From a virus, in the IMG/VR virus record IMGVR_UViG_3300017754_001832: DNA of 64,000 bases. One strand, 5' to 3'. The position numbers and the translations under genes are program-made. Position 1 is the first letter of the stretch. Each line of letters starts with the position of its first letter. The notes beneath the pieces were generated by a model. The model was given only the letters and a program-made list of their open reading frames with translations. It was not told the DNA's origin and made no database searches. This document shows, one piece after another, positions 1 to 8,655 of the stretch.

Positions 1-114
1 ACCCCCGGCACGCCACGCCTGAAGACGGGGCCCAGGGCGACCGGGCTGCCGGGCCGCCGGCCGCCCCCACGTCTGCACCCCTGCCCCACAACTCAGACGC
101 ACATAGCTTGTTAG

Positions 115-800
115 TTGAGTGATACCCTGCACCCCACCCACCCCCACCCCCTGCACCCCCACCCCCTGCACCCACCCCACCCACCCCCTGTAGGGGATAG
201 CCTGCACCCACCCCCTGTAGGGGATAGCCTGCCCCACCCTGCCCCCCATCAACCCCCCCCCCCCCCCCCACCCCCTGCACCCCCACCCCCTGCACCCCGA
301 TCCGGACGGCGCCGCCCCTCCCGTTGATCTCCGCCAAGGGCCTGCCCCATGGCGCCGCGTTCGCGCCATTCTGGCGACGTTCGCAATTGCCTGGCTTTTG
401 TTAACTGCCCCTTCATGGGGCTATGCCTGCACCCACCCACTGCACCCACCCCACCCATGGCGGGCCTGCACCCTGACTGCAGTCAGCACGTCACCCCATG
501 GGGGCACGCTCTACAGGGGGCAGGGTGCAGGGGCAGGCCGCCGCTCTGGCGTGGCGTGGATCAACCCCGCCCCATGGCATGGCCCTTGCTCCCTTCTCCC
601 TGTCTGCACCCACTGCCTGACTCGTGGTTCCCCACCACACTAGAGATAGGCAGGGACAAGCAGTCACCCCCGCAAGGCCCGCCCCTCACTAGGGCGGGCC
701 TTGTTCGTTGTGGCCTGCCCCTGCCCCACGTGGCCCGCTCTGGCGCGGCCTGCCCCTGCACCCCCGCCACGGGGCAGGCCCGATGCACGCTTGCCCTAAC
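115..800. repeat. C-rich repeat region: at least 12 copies of CTGCACCC(N), two copies of CACCCCCTGTAGGGGATAGCCTGC (181-240) and a 17-nt poly-C tract (253-269)
   Basis: Read directly in the sequence. The long ORFs here are low-complexity proline/glycine artefacts. Confidence 0.8.
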
Positions 801-898
801 GCCGCGTTTCGCCGGGCTCGCCACTTTACCCGGCGGGCCTGGCTTTTCGTTAAGTGTAGAAAAGTGGCCGCAACTCAAAAGTTTCTTGTCTTGTTTAC

Positions 899-925
899 TT
901 GATCTTAAGGGGGGCTCGCGTAGTC
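899..925 (+). promoter_or_regulatory. Candidate early promoter: TTGATCT, 13-nt spacer, GCGTAGTC (matches the alphaproteobacterial sigma-70 pattern TTGACgS-N10-14-GCtANAWC)
   Basis: AT-richer island just upstream of the first plus-strand gene (ATG at 953). Confidence 0.3.
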
Positions 926-952
926 TCTTCTTATCAGCAACGGAGTCGCCCG

Positions 953-1114
953 ATGAAAACCGCCCCCACCTTCGGAAAGAAAAAAGCCCCCGCCCCCGTC
1001 GCCACGGCTCGCCAGATTGCCGAGTCCGTCGCCCGTGAGTGGGTCGGGCACAAGGGCCCGCTTGATGCGGCCACGCTGCGCACCGTTGCGCGTCTGGCGT
1101 CGGAGTCGCTCTAA
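953..1114 (+). CDS. hypothetical small protein (53 aa)
   Basis: ATG start lies in frame within the ORF 899..1114 and follows the candidate promoter. Confidence 0.4.
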   Translation: MKTAPTFGKKKAPAPVATARQIAESVAREWVGHKGPLDAATLRTVARLASESL

Positions 1115-1140
1115 TGCTCACGCGCCGCGAAGTCTTCGTT

Positions 1141-1248
1141 ATGCACCTTCAAATAGCTCTGGAAATGTCGCCGGTTATCGTGCTGGCGATTGTCCCGATG
1201 ATCCTAATGGCGTCGGGCCTCTGCTACCTCATGAACGCGGGAGTCTGA
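1141..1248 (+). CDS. small hydrophobic peptide (35 aa, 1 TM)
   Basis: MHLQIALEMSPVIVLAIVPMILMASGLCYLMNAGV. Ends in GGGAGTCTGAtATG, which overlaps the next start. Confidence 0.4.
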   Translation: MHLQIALEMSPVIVLAIVPMILMASGLCYLMNAGV

Positions 1249-1249
1249 T

Positions 1250-1378
1250 ATGGCGCCGCGTACCGTCATCGGGACTCTTTGGCTTCTCGCGTTGCTCGCC
1301 ATCGGCGGAGTCGTTCTCGCCATCGGTTACGGCTTCGTGGGTCTTTTCAATCTCTGCAACAAACAAACGGGAGTCTGA
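1250..1378 (+). CDS. small hydrophobic peptide (42 aa, 1 TM); tandem paralog of the previous peptide
   Basis: MAPRTVIGTLWLLALLAIGGVVLAIGYGFVGLFNLCNKQTGV. The same ACGGGAGTCTGATATG junction is repeated. Confidence 0.4.
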   Translation: MAPRTVIGTLWLLALLAIGGVVLAIGYGFVGLFNLCNKQTGV

Positions 1379-1379
1379 T

Positions 1380-1562
1380 ATGCGCTGGAATGATTGCTTC
1401 GAGTCGGATGAAGTCACCACGGCCAAACGCAAGGCCCGCGAAGAGGTGGCGGCCATATTCGCCGACCTTGAGTCCGACATGCTCGAAACGTTGAACGAGA
1501 TTCGCGGCGCCCTTGGAAAGCATGCGCTGCAATCGCTCGCCGACATCCGCGACGCGGCCTAG
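1380..1562 (+). CDS. hypothetical protein (60 aa)
   Basis: ATG follows the repeated GGGAGTCTGATATG junction. The track ORF 1017..1562 is a composite and this is its C-terminal part. Confidence 0.45.
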   Translation: MRWNDCFESDEVTTAKRKAREEVAAIFADLESDMLETLNEIRGALGKHALQSLADIRDAA

Positions 1563-1565
1563 CCC

Positions 1566-1907
1566 ATGTCATCCGTTACCTTGTGGAGCAAAAACGGAGT
1601 CGCCGCTCGCTGGAATAAGGGCGCCGCTCACACTGTAGAAACGGCCACTAGCTCCCGCGCATATCCGAACGAAGAGGCCGCGATAAGAGCGGCCAAACGC
1701 AAGGCGGCCAAGGCCGCGAAACAGGAAAGGACTCCGCCCATGTTCAAGCTCGAATATCGCGACCTCAACGCGGCCAACGTCAACTGGCGTTCATGGTCTA
1801 GCATGACATGGGACTCGCGTGAGGCCGCCGAACGTTTCAAGAAACAGGCGGAGATTGCATCGGCGCGCGACTCCCTTGCTCACGTCTACCGAGTCGTGCC
1901 CGCTTAA
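1566..1907 (+). CDS. hypothetical protein (113 aa)
   Basis: ORF with a non-repetitive, protein-like composition. Confidence 0.5.
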   Translation: MSSVTLWSKNGVAARWNKGAAHTVETATSSRAYPNEEAAIRAAKRKAAKAAKQERTPPMFKLEYRDLNAANVNWRSWSSMTWDSREAAERFKKQAEIASARDSLAHVYRVVPA

Positions 1908-1952
1908 TCGCCCCCACATCGCCCCACATTCGCAAGTCAAAGGATTCCCAAC

Positions 1953-3200
1953 ATGTCTAACCGCCCTTTCCCGCTCATGCTCGAAGCCTTCCCCGCGTTC
2001 GATCAATCCACGCTCCCGCCTATCCCGTTGCAGTGGGTTGACATGTCATGGCGCGGCGCCCGCTTCTCTGACTCGTGCCCGCAATTCGGCGCCACGCCAG
2101 AGGCCCTAGCGGGAACGGGAGTCGTGGTTGTCATCAATTGGGAAGACCGTTGCGGATGCGGACAAGACTATGTCGCAGTGCTGTATGATTGCGCTGGCGA
2201 GTGCGTCGAAGAGTGGGGCGGGGATGATTGGACCGAATGCCTTCACGCGGTCTCACGGCTTCGCAGGAAATGGGCGCCACTGCTTGCCGCGAACATTCGC
2301 GAAGCGGAGGAGGCCGAACGCAAGGCCGCCGCGCAACGTGAGGCAATCGCCAGAGCGGAGAAGGCCGCCGCAACGCCGCGCGCTCTTGTGGAGTTTCCCG
2401 ACTATCCCGCCGACTCGCTCCCGCCCCTGCCTACTGACACGCTCTGGCATGACGAGTCGTGGCATAATGACATGTGCCCCTGCTATCACTCCGCCGACGG
2501 ATTCGGCGTGTGGATTGACTGGCCCGAGTCGAAGGATCGGGAGTTGATCGGCTCTAAGCGTTTCTGTGTTTTCGACTATGAAGAAAACGCGCGCGGCATG
2601 AGCAAGGCCCGCGACTCGTTTGAGTGTGACACATGGGAGGAGGTTCTAGCCTTCATCAACGCCGCGCGCGAAAGTCTCGGCGCCGACATCGCCAAGGGAT
2701 TCGGCGATGACATACAAGAGGCCGCCGCGTGGATTGCAGCGATGCACAAGGCGGGCAAGGCGTTCCATTGGGAAGACTCGCCCTATGACATAATCGAAAC
2801 AGTGAGCGGAAAACGCACGTTCACGGATGCGGAGTCTATCATCGTGAACGCATGCCGACTCCGTCTCTATGACTTCACGTGGCCCGCCGACTCGTGCCCG
2901 TGTGGCGTGTCGCTGGCGCTCATGTCAAAGGAAACGATAGACGGCATGTGCGCCGAATATACGAAGCTACTCGAACGCTTCGAGTTGCCTAGCATGTCGG
3001 CGGACGAATTATATTTTGAGATCGGCGCCGTTATTGAGGGACTCGAGTCTGCCTTCATCACGCCAGAGCGCGCGGCCAAGGGCGGACTAGAAGAGGCGAT
3101 GAAGCACGTCCGCAGTTTTTCCGTTGATTGGGAAGACCGAGTCGACTCGTTTCAAACCGTGAAAGACGCATTCCCCGCGCTTCGTTCGCTGATCTACTGA
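1953..3200 (+). CDS. hypothetical early protein (415 aa), rich in Asp-Ser and Glu-Ser dipeptides
   Basis: Long ORF in which GACTCG/GAGTCG sequences are frequent. Confidence 0.6.
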   Translation: MSNRPFPLMLEAFPAFDQSTLPPIPLQWVDMSWRGARFSDSCPQFGATPEALAGTGVVVVINWEDRCGCGQDYVAVLYDCAGECVEEWGGDDWTECLHAVSRLRRKWAPLLAANIREAEEAERKAAAQREAIARAEKAAATPRALVEFPDYPADSLPPLPTDTLWHDESWHNDMCPCYHSADGFGVWIDWPESKDRELIGSKRFCVFDYEENARGMSKARDSFECDTWEEVLAFINAARESLGADIAKGFGDDIQEAAAWIAAMHKAGKAFHWEDSPYDIIETVSGKRTFTDAESIIVNACRLRLYDFTWPADSCPCGVSLALMSKETIDGMCAEYTKLLERFELPSMSADELYFEIGAVIEGLESAFITPERAAKGGLEEAMKHVRSFSVDWEDRVDSFQTVKDAFPALRSLIY

Positions 3201-3238
3201 GACCCTAGACTGCAGTCATCAACACAAGGAATCCGAAC

Positions 3239-3700
3239 ATGACTCACACTCCCGCCGCGCCAGAGATTGTCGCCGCGCGTCGACTCGTTCGCGACGCATG
3301 CCACGAACTAGGCGCCCTTCCGAATCACGTCTCGCACTGGAATCCGATCCGACTCGCCATGGCCGCCGACAACGTGCGAGCGGGCCTCACAACGCTAGGC
3401 CACAAGCTGGCGCCGAACGAAGAGGCCGCCTATTGGCGCCAGTGCGCAGAGCATGCGGAGGAACGCGCGGCGCTTCTCTCCCTCTTCACGGCTCGCCTAT
3501 TGGCGGAGACTCATGATTGGGCGTGGAGCCTTTGCGGCGAACGTGAAGGACTCGACTCGTTGCGCGCGGATTGCCTCACGGCTCTACAGGCTCACGCCGA
3601 ATCAGGCGGCGCCACAACGGGCGATTTTCTGGCGTTGCTGGAGTCGCTCAAGTCTGAGTCCCTGCCCCACTTGAAACAGGCGGCCAATGCGAGCCGCTAA
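3239..3700 (+). CDS. hypothetical protein (153 aa)
   Basis: ORF. Confidence 0.5.
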   Translation: MTHTPAAPEIVAARRLVRDACHELGALPNHVSHWNPIRLAMAADNVRAGLTTLGHKLAPNEEAAYWRQCAEHAEERAALLSLFTARLLAETHDWAWSLCGEREGLDSLRADCLTALQAHAESGGATTGDFLALLESLKSESLPHLKQAANASR

Positions 3701-3788
3701 ACTGATAATCCCCGCCGCTCTGTTTCTCGTTTGCGTCGCAGTGCAATGCACTGCGGCGCCTTCCCTGTTTCAATAGAAGGAGTCGCAC

Positions 3789-4019
3789 GTGAAGAATCGT
3801 TACGCTTATACGTTCGATGACGCGGGCCTAAACACAATCGGCGCCGCGTTGCATGTCTACATGACGCGGCCACACTTCGCGGAATTTCCAGACGAAGCCA
3901 AGCAACGCGCGCGGCGGATATACGCCAACGTCTCAGACGTTCGGCGGCCTTCGTTCCTTATCCCTCAACCCGACTCATGCGGATTCAATCTCGCATCCGT
4001 CGCCAGCTTCTCAGAATAG
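3789..4019 (+). CDS. hypothetical protein (76 aa, GTG start)
   Basis: Preceded by the conserved AGGAGTCGCACGTG translation-initiation cassette. Confidence 0.45.
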   Translation: MKNRYAYTFDDAGLNTIGAALHVYMTRPHFAEFPDEAKQRARRIYANVSDVRRPSFLIPQPDSCGFNLASVASFSE

Positions 4020-4028
4020 GAGTCGCAC

Positions 4029-4424
4029 GTGCTTTCAATTGTTGCCCCTAAGAAGGTCCGAGTCTCGAAGGAAGGAGTCGCCGCATTCAATGCGCAGTGG
4101 CCCTGTAGCGAGTTGGACTCAGGCCGCGCTTATTGGTTCGAGTTTGACTCGGATGCAAACCTAATCGACTCAGACGTGCCCGAACATTCCGACGGCGCCG
4201 CCGCGCTCGCCATGTCGCAGGATTGCGAGCGTTGGCTATTCAACGAAGAGTGGCCCGATTGGGCGCCGGAAGACGCGCCGACTCCGATTGCTGAAACTGC
4301 GGCGGAGGAAGGTGCAAGGCATGCGCTCGAAGCTCTGGCCTATCTCGACTCCGACATCACGCCAGAGCAACGCGCGGCGCTCGCATCGCTCAAACAATGG
4401 GCCGAGTCGATCATCCGCGAATAG
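4029..4424 (+). CDS. hypothetical acidic protein (131 aa, GTG start)
   Basis: Preceded by the same AGGAGTCGCACGTG cassette. Rich in Asp-Ser dipeptides. Confidence 0.45.
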   Translation: MLSIVAPKKVRVSKEGVAAFNAQWPCSELDSGRAYWFEFDSDANLIDSDVPEHSDGAAALAMSQDCERWLFNEEWPDWAPEDAPTPIAETAAEEGARHALEALAYLDSDITPEQRAALASLKQWAESIIRE

Positions 4425-4429
4425 TCGAA

Positions 4430-4468
4430 ACGTCAAAACCTGGAAATTGCGAAAGAAGGAATCAACGC
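4430..4468 (+). promoter_or_regulatory. Repeated intergenic element, copy 1 of 3 (AACGTCAAAACCTGGAAATTGCGAAAGAAGGAATC)
   Basis: Near-identical copies at 5103..5140 and 6028..6064, each immediately 5' of a gene start. Contains the RBS GAAGGAA. Confidence 0.6.
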
Positions 4469-5101
4469 ATGACTCGTTATATCAAACTCTCCGCCGAAAC
4501 ATACGCGCGACTCAACTATGCACTAGCAGACGCCAGCGACGCGCGCCGCTCTGAGATCAACGCGACGCGAGACTCTGAGATCATCACAAGCAACGAGTCG
4601 GCGATTGCCGCTAACAACGTGGCCGCCGATCAACTGACTCAAGCGTGGAACGCGGGCAATCGACTCCCGACTCAATGCGCCACGCTCGAAGCGGAAAAAG
4701 AAACGCGCGAACGCATGCCCGGCGAACGCACGAATCGCGACCGCTCTAACCGCGCGGCGGATGCACTGCGCAAATACAACGGGAGCGACTCACGTGAAGA
4801 CGGAGTCGAAGGCGACTCGGAAATGCTCGCCGACATGCTAGGCGATTTGCGCCATTGGGCGCGGCTTCGCGGCGTTGACTTCGACGCATGCGCGGCGCGC
4901 GGCTTCGCAATGTCAGAGATGGAAAGAGTCGAAGACTTCGACGAAGAAGAAGAAGAAGACGAAGAGAATCCGCAACGCCGCGCGCTTCGCGAGATGATCC
5001 GACTCGCGTCTTCTCTTCGCGCCGCGAAGAACGAACGCGACCGCAAGCAATGGCGCGAATCGCTTTTCGCTTTCACTGAGACCGCGCGCGACACGCTCTA
5101 A
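4469..5101 (+). CDS. hypothetical protein (210 aa) with a poly-Glu tract
   Basis: In-frame ATG after the 35-nt repeated upstream element. The track ORF starts earlier, at 4397. Confidence 0.5.
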   Translation: MTRYIKLSAETYARLNYALADASDARRSEINATRDSEIITSNESAIAANNVAADQLTQAWNAGNRLPTQCATLEAEKETRERMPGERTNRDRSNRAADALRKYNGSDSREDGVEGDSEMLADMLGDLRHWARLRGVDFDACAARGFAMSEMERVEDFDEEEEEDEENPQRRALREMIRLASSLRAAKNERDRKQWRESLFAFTETARDTL

Positions 5102-5102
5102 A

Positions 5103-5140
5103 CGCCAAAACCTGGAAATTGCGAAAGAAGGAATCGAGCA
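5103..5140 (+). promoter_or_regulatory. Repeated intergenic element, copy 2
   Basis: See copy 1. Confidence 0.6.
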
Positions 5141-6016
5141 ATGAAACTGCACCCCGAAGAACGCAAGGCCCGCGATGAAGTGGCCGTGTATGGATTGCGC
5201 CAGCGACTCAAACGCCACAAAGAAAAGACGGAAGGCGCAATTGAAAAGCGCCGCGCCGCGCTCGCGCCCTATGTGAAGGACTCCGCATTGTTGGAGTCGC
5301 GCGTCGCCGATCCGTCGGACTCGTATCTCGCCAGCTTGTGGCCGCTAGACTGGCGCGAATCCGCGCGGCTCGAAGCGCGGCGCCGGTTTGCGTTCGGCGA
5401 GTCCACGCCGACTCCAATGCCCGCCGACGGGCAACGCTTCGTTGAGAATATCGACTCGGCGTTCCGTAGCTGGCGCTATGTTCGCGACATCACACGCGGC
5501 CACTATATGCGCAGCGTCGATTCCGATTGGTATTGCGACTCGGACGGCCATAGGGTGGGGCGGGCAATCGTGGCCCGTCTCTCACATGGCCGATTCATCG
5601 GCGGAGTCAAATTTGAAGAACGCTCTTACAAGGACTCGGGCGCCTTGTTTGACTTTCGCGACATCACAAGCGGAGAAGAGACAGAGGCCGCAATCTCCGC
5701 CGCGCGCTTGTGCGAGCGTGTCGCCGAAAAAGAGCGCGACTATAACGAAGCGTGGCAAGCTGGCGCGGAATGCGTCGCGCTTCGCGAAGAGGTGGAGTCG
5801 ACGCGCGGCGAATTGCTGGAGTCGTTGGCTGAAATGCGCGCGGCTCGCAAGGCTCTGAAACAATCCGGAGTCGAGCAACTGCCTAGCGTCTGCAACGCCA
5901 TGCGCTCGCACGTTCGCGCGGGCCTTCGTGGAATTGCCCGCGCCAGAAAACGAGTCGAGGAACTACGGGAACGCTTCGAGCGTGAACCGGGATTCGCCGA
6001 CTCGTTCAATAGCTAG
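5141..6016 (+). CDS. hypothetical protein (291 aa)
   Basis: ORF preceded by the second copy of the 35-nt element. Ends in a TAG stop. Confidence 0.55.
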   Translation: MKLHPEERKARDEVAVYGLRQRLKRHKEKTEGAIEKRRAALAPYVKDSALLESRVADPSDSYLASLWPLDWRESARLEARRRFAFGESTPTPMPADGQRFVENIDSAFRSWRYVRDITRGHYMRSVDSDWYCDSDGHRVGRAIVARLSHGRFIGGVKFEERSYKDSGALFDFRDITSGEETEAAISAARLCERVAEKERDYNEAWQAGAECVALREEVESTRGELLESLAEMRAARKALKQSGVEQLPSVCNAMRSHVRAGLRGIARARKRVEELRERFEREPGFADSFNS

Positions 6017-6027
6017 AACTACACAAC

Positions 6028-6064
6028 GTCAAAAACCTGGAAACGAAGAGAAGAGAGAATCACA
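6028..6064 (+). promoter_or_regulatory. Repeated intergenic element, copy 3 (more diverged)
   Basis: See copy 1. Confidence 0.5.
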
Positions 6065-7657
6065 ATGGGTTACGGTAACGGGACTCGCACTAGCCATTTT
6101 GCGTCATCGGCGAATCGCTATCGCGACGGCGCCAAGGTCGCGCAATCTTTCCACAACGCGCAATGCGGCCACGTCTGGCGCCAAGGCGTTCAAGACTTCG
6201 GACGATCAAGCAACGGGAATCTATTCTTTCACCACGCGCGACTCTATTCCTATGGGCGTCACTTCGTCGTCGCTATCCTGACTCCGGATGGCCGCGCGCT
6301 TGTGAACGCCGACTCGTCAAGCGTCACCACGTCAGGCCATCAAACCGACGCGCGACGCGCGCTAGGGTGGGGCGGTTACGCCAGCGTGCCCGACCTTACC
6401 GCGCTAGTCGAAAAGACTCCTTTTGGCCTATGGTGCGACTATCACACGCGCGCGGCCGGCGGCGACAAGATCGACTCGGGCAATCTGGAGTCGCTCAAAC
6501 GCGGCGCCCGCGTGGCCGTGGTGGAATATGTCACGCGCGAAGCGTACCGACTCGAAGACGAAGGAGTCGGCGTTGCGTTGCTGGCGCTTGTCGGAGTCGA
6601 AGACGCGCCGACTCGTTTCGCTCGCATGCTCGCCACGTCGAAGAAGAAACAGGAGTCGATAAAGGCAGACGCAGAGAAGAAGCGCCGCGACTATTACCTA
6701 GGCGTTGCGTCTCGCGTCGCGAACATGAGCGAGACAGAGCGCGCGGAATATCTGGCGAGTCGACTCCCGCGTTCCGTTGTGACCTCAGAGCATGAGATAG
6801 CGAAAGAACGAGTCAAGCTCCACCGGGCGCGCGGTTACGCCAAGGCCGCGAAGCGGACAAAGCAGGCCGCCGCAGTCTCGGCAATGATTCGCGACATCGA
6901 CTCCGCGCTCAAGAAAAAGCGCGCGGGCCTTGATCGCTGGCAAGCCCGGCGCGGACTCGCAAACGCAATTGGCGCATATCGTGAAGGCTTGGCCCGCATT
7001 GCGCGCGGCGGAGTCTATCCGGATGGCCCATGGGACTCCGCATGGCGCGCGGAGTCGTTCGTCGAAGCCGTGGCCTATGTCGCGCGCAACGTCAAAACGC
7101 TGCGGCCTGAGAATCGCGAGACCCTGGAAAACGCGGCGCGACTCCTCACGCAAGGACTCGCCGCGTGGAAAGAACGGGAACGCGAAGAGGCAGACGAACG
7201 CGAACGAGTCCGCGTGGCGGAACGTTTCGCCAAGCAGGCAGACGCTCGCCGGGCTTGGCTTGCTGGCGAGCGTGTGGAGTCCTACTTGCTCCACGGACTC
7301 ACGGATGAAACAGGCGGCGCCCTGCTTCGAGCAATCGGAGTCGAGCGTGACGAGTCGGGCGCCATTATCGCGGGAACGCTCGAAACGTCACAACGTGCGA
7401 GCGTGCCCCTGCCTCACGCTATCCGCGCTTTCCGCTTCCTGAAACGCTGCAAGGAGTCCGGTCGCGCGTGGCATAAGAACGGCCACGCAATCCGAGTCGG
7501 GCATTTCCAGATTGACTCCATTGAGCCGTCCGGAAATTTCCGCGCGGGATGCCACCGCATCAATTGGGCGGAGGTGGAGCGTCTGGCGCTGGCGCTTGGC
7601 GTGTTTGACGTGGCGAGCGATGACGGCGCCCTAGAGCCGTCGCACGTTGCGGCCTGA
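6065..7657 (+). CDS. hypothetical protein (530 aa)
   Basis: Long ORF preceded by the third copy of the upstream element. Confidence 0.6.
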   Translation: MGYGNGTRTSHFASSANRYRDGAKVAQSFHNAQCGHVWRQGVQDFGRSSNGNLFFHHARLYSYGRHFVVAILTPDGRALVNADSSSVTTSGHQTDARRALGWGGYASVPDLTALVEKTPFGLWCDYHTRAAGGDKIDSGNLESLKRGARVAVVEYVTREAYRLEDEGVGVALLALVGVEDAPTRFARMLATSKKKQESIKADAEKKRRDYYLGVASRVANMSETERAEYLASRLPRSVVTSEHEIAKERVKLHRARGYAKAAKRTKQAAAVSAMIRDIDSALKKKRAGLDRWQARRGLANAIGAYREGLARIARGGVYPDGPWDSAWRAESFVEAVAYVARNVKTLRPENRETLENAARLLTQGLAAWKEREREEADERERVRVAERFAKQADARRAWLAGERVESYLLHGLTDETGGALLRAIGVERDESGAIIAGTLETSQRASVPLPHAIRAFRFLKRCKESGRAWHKNGHAIRVGHFQIDSIEPSGNFRAGCHRINWAEVERLALALGVFDVASDDGALEPSHVAA

Positions 7658-7667
7658 TAGGGGCAGG

Positions 7668-7823
7668 GTGCGAGTCTTGTGGCCGCTCTATGTGGCCGCC
7701 TTGCTCGCATCCCTCACGCTTGCCGCGTTGGCGCTGGCGTTGTGGGGCTGTCTCAAGTGGTGGCGTGAATTGATCGGCGCCGCGATTCTCTATTGGCTGA
7801 TATTGGGGCGGAGTAGACACTAG
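7668..7823 (+). CDS. small membrane protein (51 aa), a possible holin
   Basis: GTG start after the RBS AGGGGCAGG. Hydrophobic (MRVLWPLYVAALLASLTLAALALALWGCLKWW...). Lies just before the bidirectional terminator and convergent with the endolysin. Confidence 0.3.
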   Translation: MRVLWPLYVAALLASLTLAALALALWGCLKWWRELIGAAILYWLILGRSRH

Positions 7824-7840
7824 CCCCCGAAACGAACGAA

Positions 7841-7873
7841 GGCCCGCCGGATCATCCGGCGGGCCTTTTTCAT
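7841..7873. terminator. Rho-independent terminator (GGCCCGCCGG-ATCAT-CCGGCGGGCC followed by TTTTT), plausibly bidirectional
   Basis: Perfect 10-bp GC stem and a T-run, between convergent genes. Confidence 0.85.
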
Positions 7874-7930
7874 TGCACCCCAAAAACCTGGCCCGCGTCT
7901 GCCCGGCGAAAAGAACGCGCGCGGCGGGCC

Positions 7931-8326
7931 TCAGACGGGGGCAGGATAGGCTTTCCAGCTTAGTTGCCAGTGCGGGCCATCCTGAAACGTGCGCCAATCT
8001 CCGCCCCACTCAATCGCGACTCCTTCGAGCCGCGCGGCTTCCTTCATCCCCTCCGCAATTTTCCGGATCACGGGCCAGCTATAATCAGGGGCGCCCGCAA
8101 TCCATCCGCAAACGTCTATTGCGTGGCCCGTGAGATGGCGGGAGCGGAGAGTCTTGCTTGCTCCCGCCGCGACTAGCTGGCGCTGGCGTGCGAGCGTCCT
8201 AAGCCCCTCTGTAACCCTGACATCTACGGCGCCCGTTTGCGCCAGATACCGAGTCAGGACTCGGACTAGGTCGGGATGCACCCCCGCCAGCTTTTCACGG
8301 GATGACTTGCCTAATTTGAACGCCAT
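7931..8326 (-). CDS. endolysin, peptidase M15 (VanY-like D-Ala-D-Ala carboxypeptidase / L-Ala-D-Glu peptidase) family (131 aa)
   Basis: Protein MAFKLGKSS...RSRHLTGHAIDV...WGGDW carries the SxHxxGxAxD zinc-peptidase motif. Start set at the internal ATG, not the 239-aa ORF start. Confidence 0.75.
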   Translation of the reverse strand: MAFKLGKSSREKLAGVHPDLVRVLTRYLAQTGAVDVRVTEGLRTLARQRQLVAAGASKTLRSRHLTGHAIDVCGWIAGAPDYSWPVIRKIAEGMKEAARLEGVAIEWGGDWRTFQDGPHWQLSWKAYPAPV

Positions 8327-8459
8327 GGCGTGGACTCCGGATACGGGCGCCGCCGGGTAAGGTGACGCTAGGTTATGCTCCGGACGAGCATATGGGGCGC
8401 CCGGCGCGTGCGCGCCTGGGTGCGCGCGTGCGCGTACACTACGGGAATGACTCGTGTAG

Positions 8460-8650
8460 TGCAACGCCAGGCCGGCCGGGCTCGGGAATTTTGGGACTTT
8501 GGATTCATTCTGGGAATTTTGGGGCGCCAGCGTCAATTTTTTACAGTTCCGAATCGAGCCGGGGAATTTTGGGGCTTTCGAGTCAAGTTTTGAAAATATC
8601 AAGTCAGCCCCCGCTTGACTTGCAGATCGGGGGTCGGCATAAACGGCCAA
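8460..8650. promoter_or_regulatory. Regulatory region: three direct repeats of GGGAATTTTGGGG (8474, 8510, 8562), an inverted repeat CAAGTCA-N9-TGACTTG (8596-8618), and a sigma-70-like promoter TTGACT-N17-CATAAA (8613-8641)
   Basis: AT-richer intergenic region between the divergent endolysin and plus-strand genes. Confidence 0.5.
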
Positions 8651-8655
8651 TGGGA

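Noticed and set aside
1017-1562. 181-aa ORF 1017..1562
   Set aside because: It is a composite spanning three small genes (1141, 1250, 1380) that have their own RBS and ATG junctions in other frames. Only its last 60 codons (from 1380) look genuine.
4440-4465. Sigma-54 promoter reading of CTGGAAATTGCG in the 35-nt repeated element
   Set aside because: The GG-to-GC spacing is 5 nt, not the 10 nt required for -24/-12 promoters.
8474-8576. Direct repeats GGGAATTTTGGGG as a possible CRISPR array
   Set aside because: Only three copies, with irregular spacing (36 and 52 nt), short repeats and no cas genes. Interpreted as regulatory iterons.
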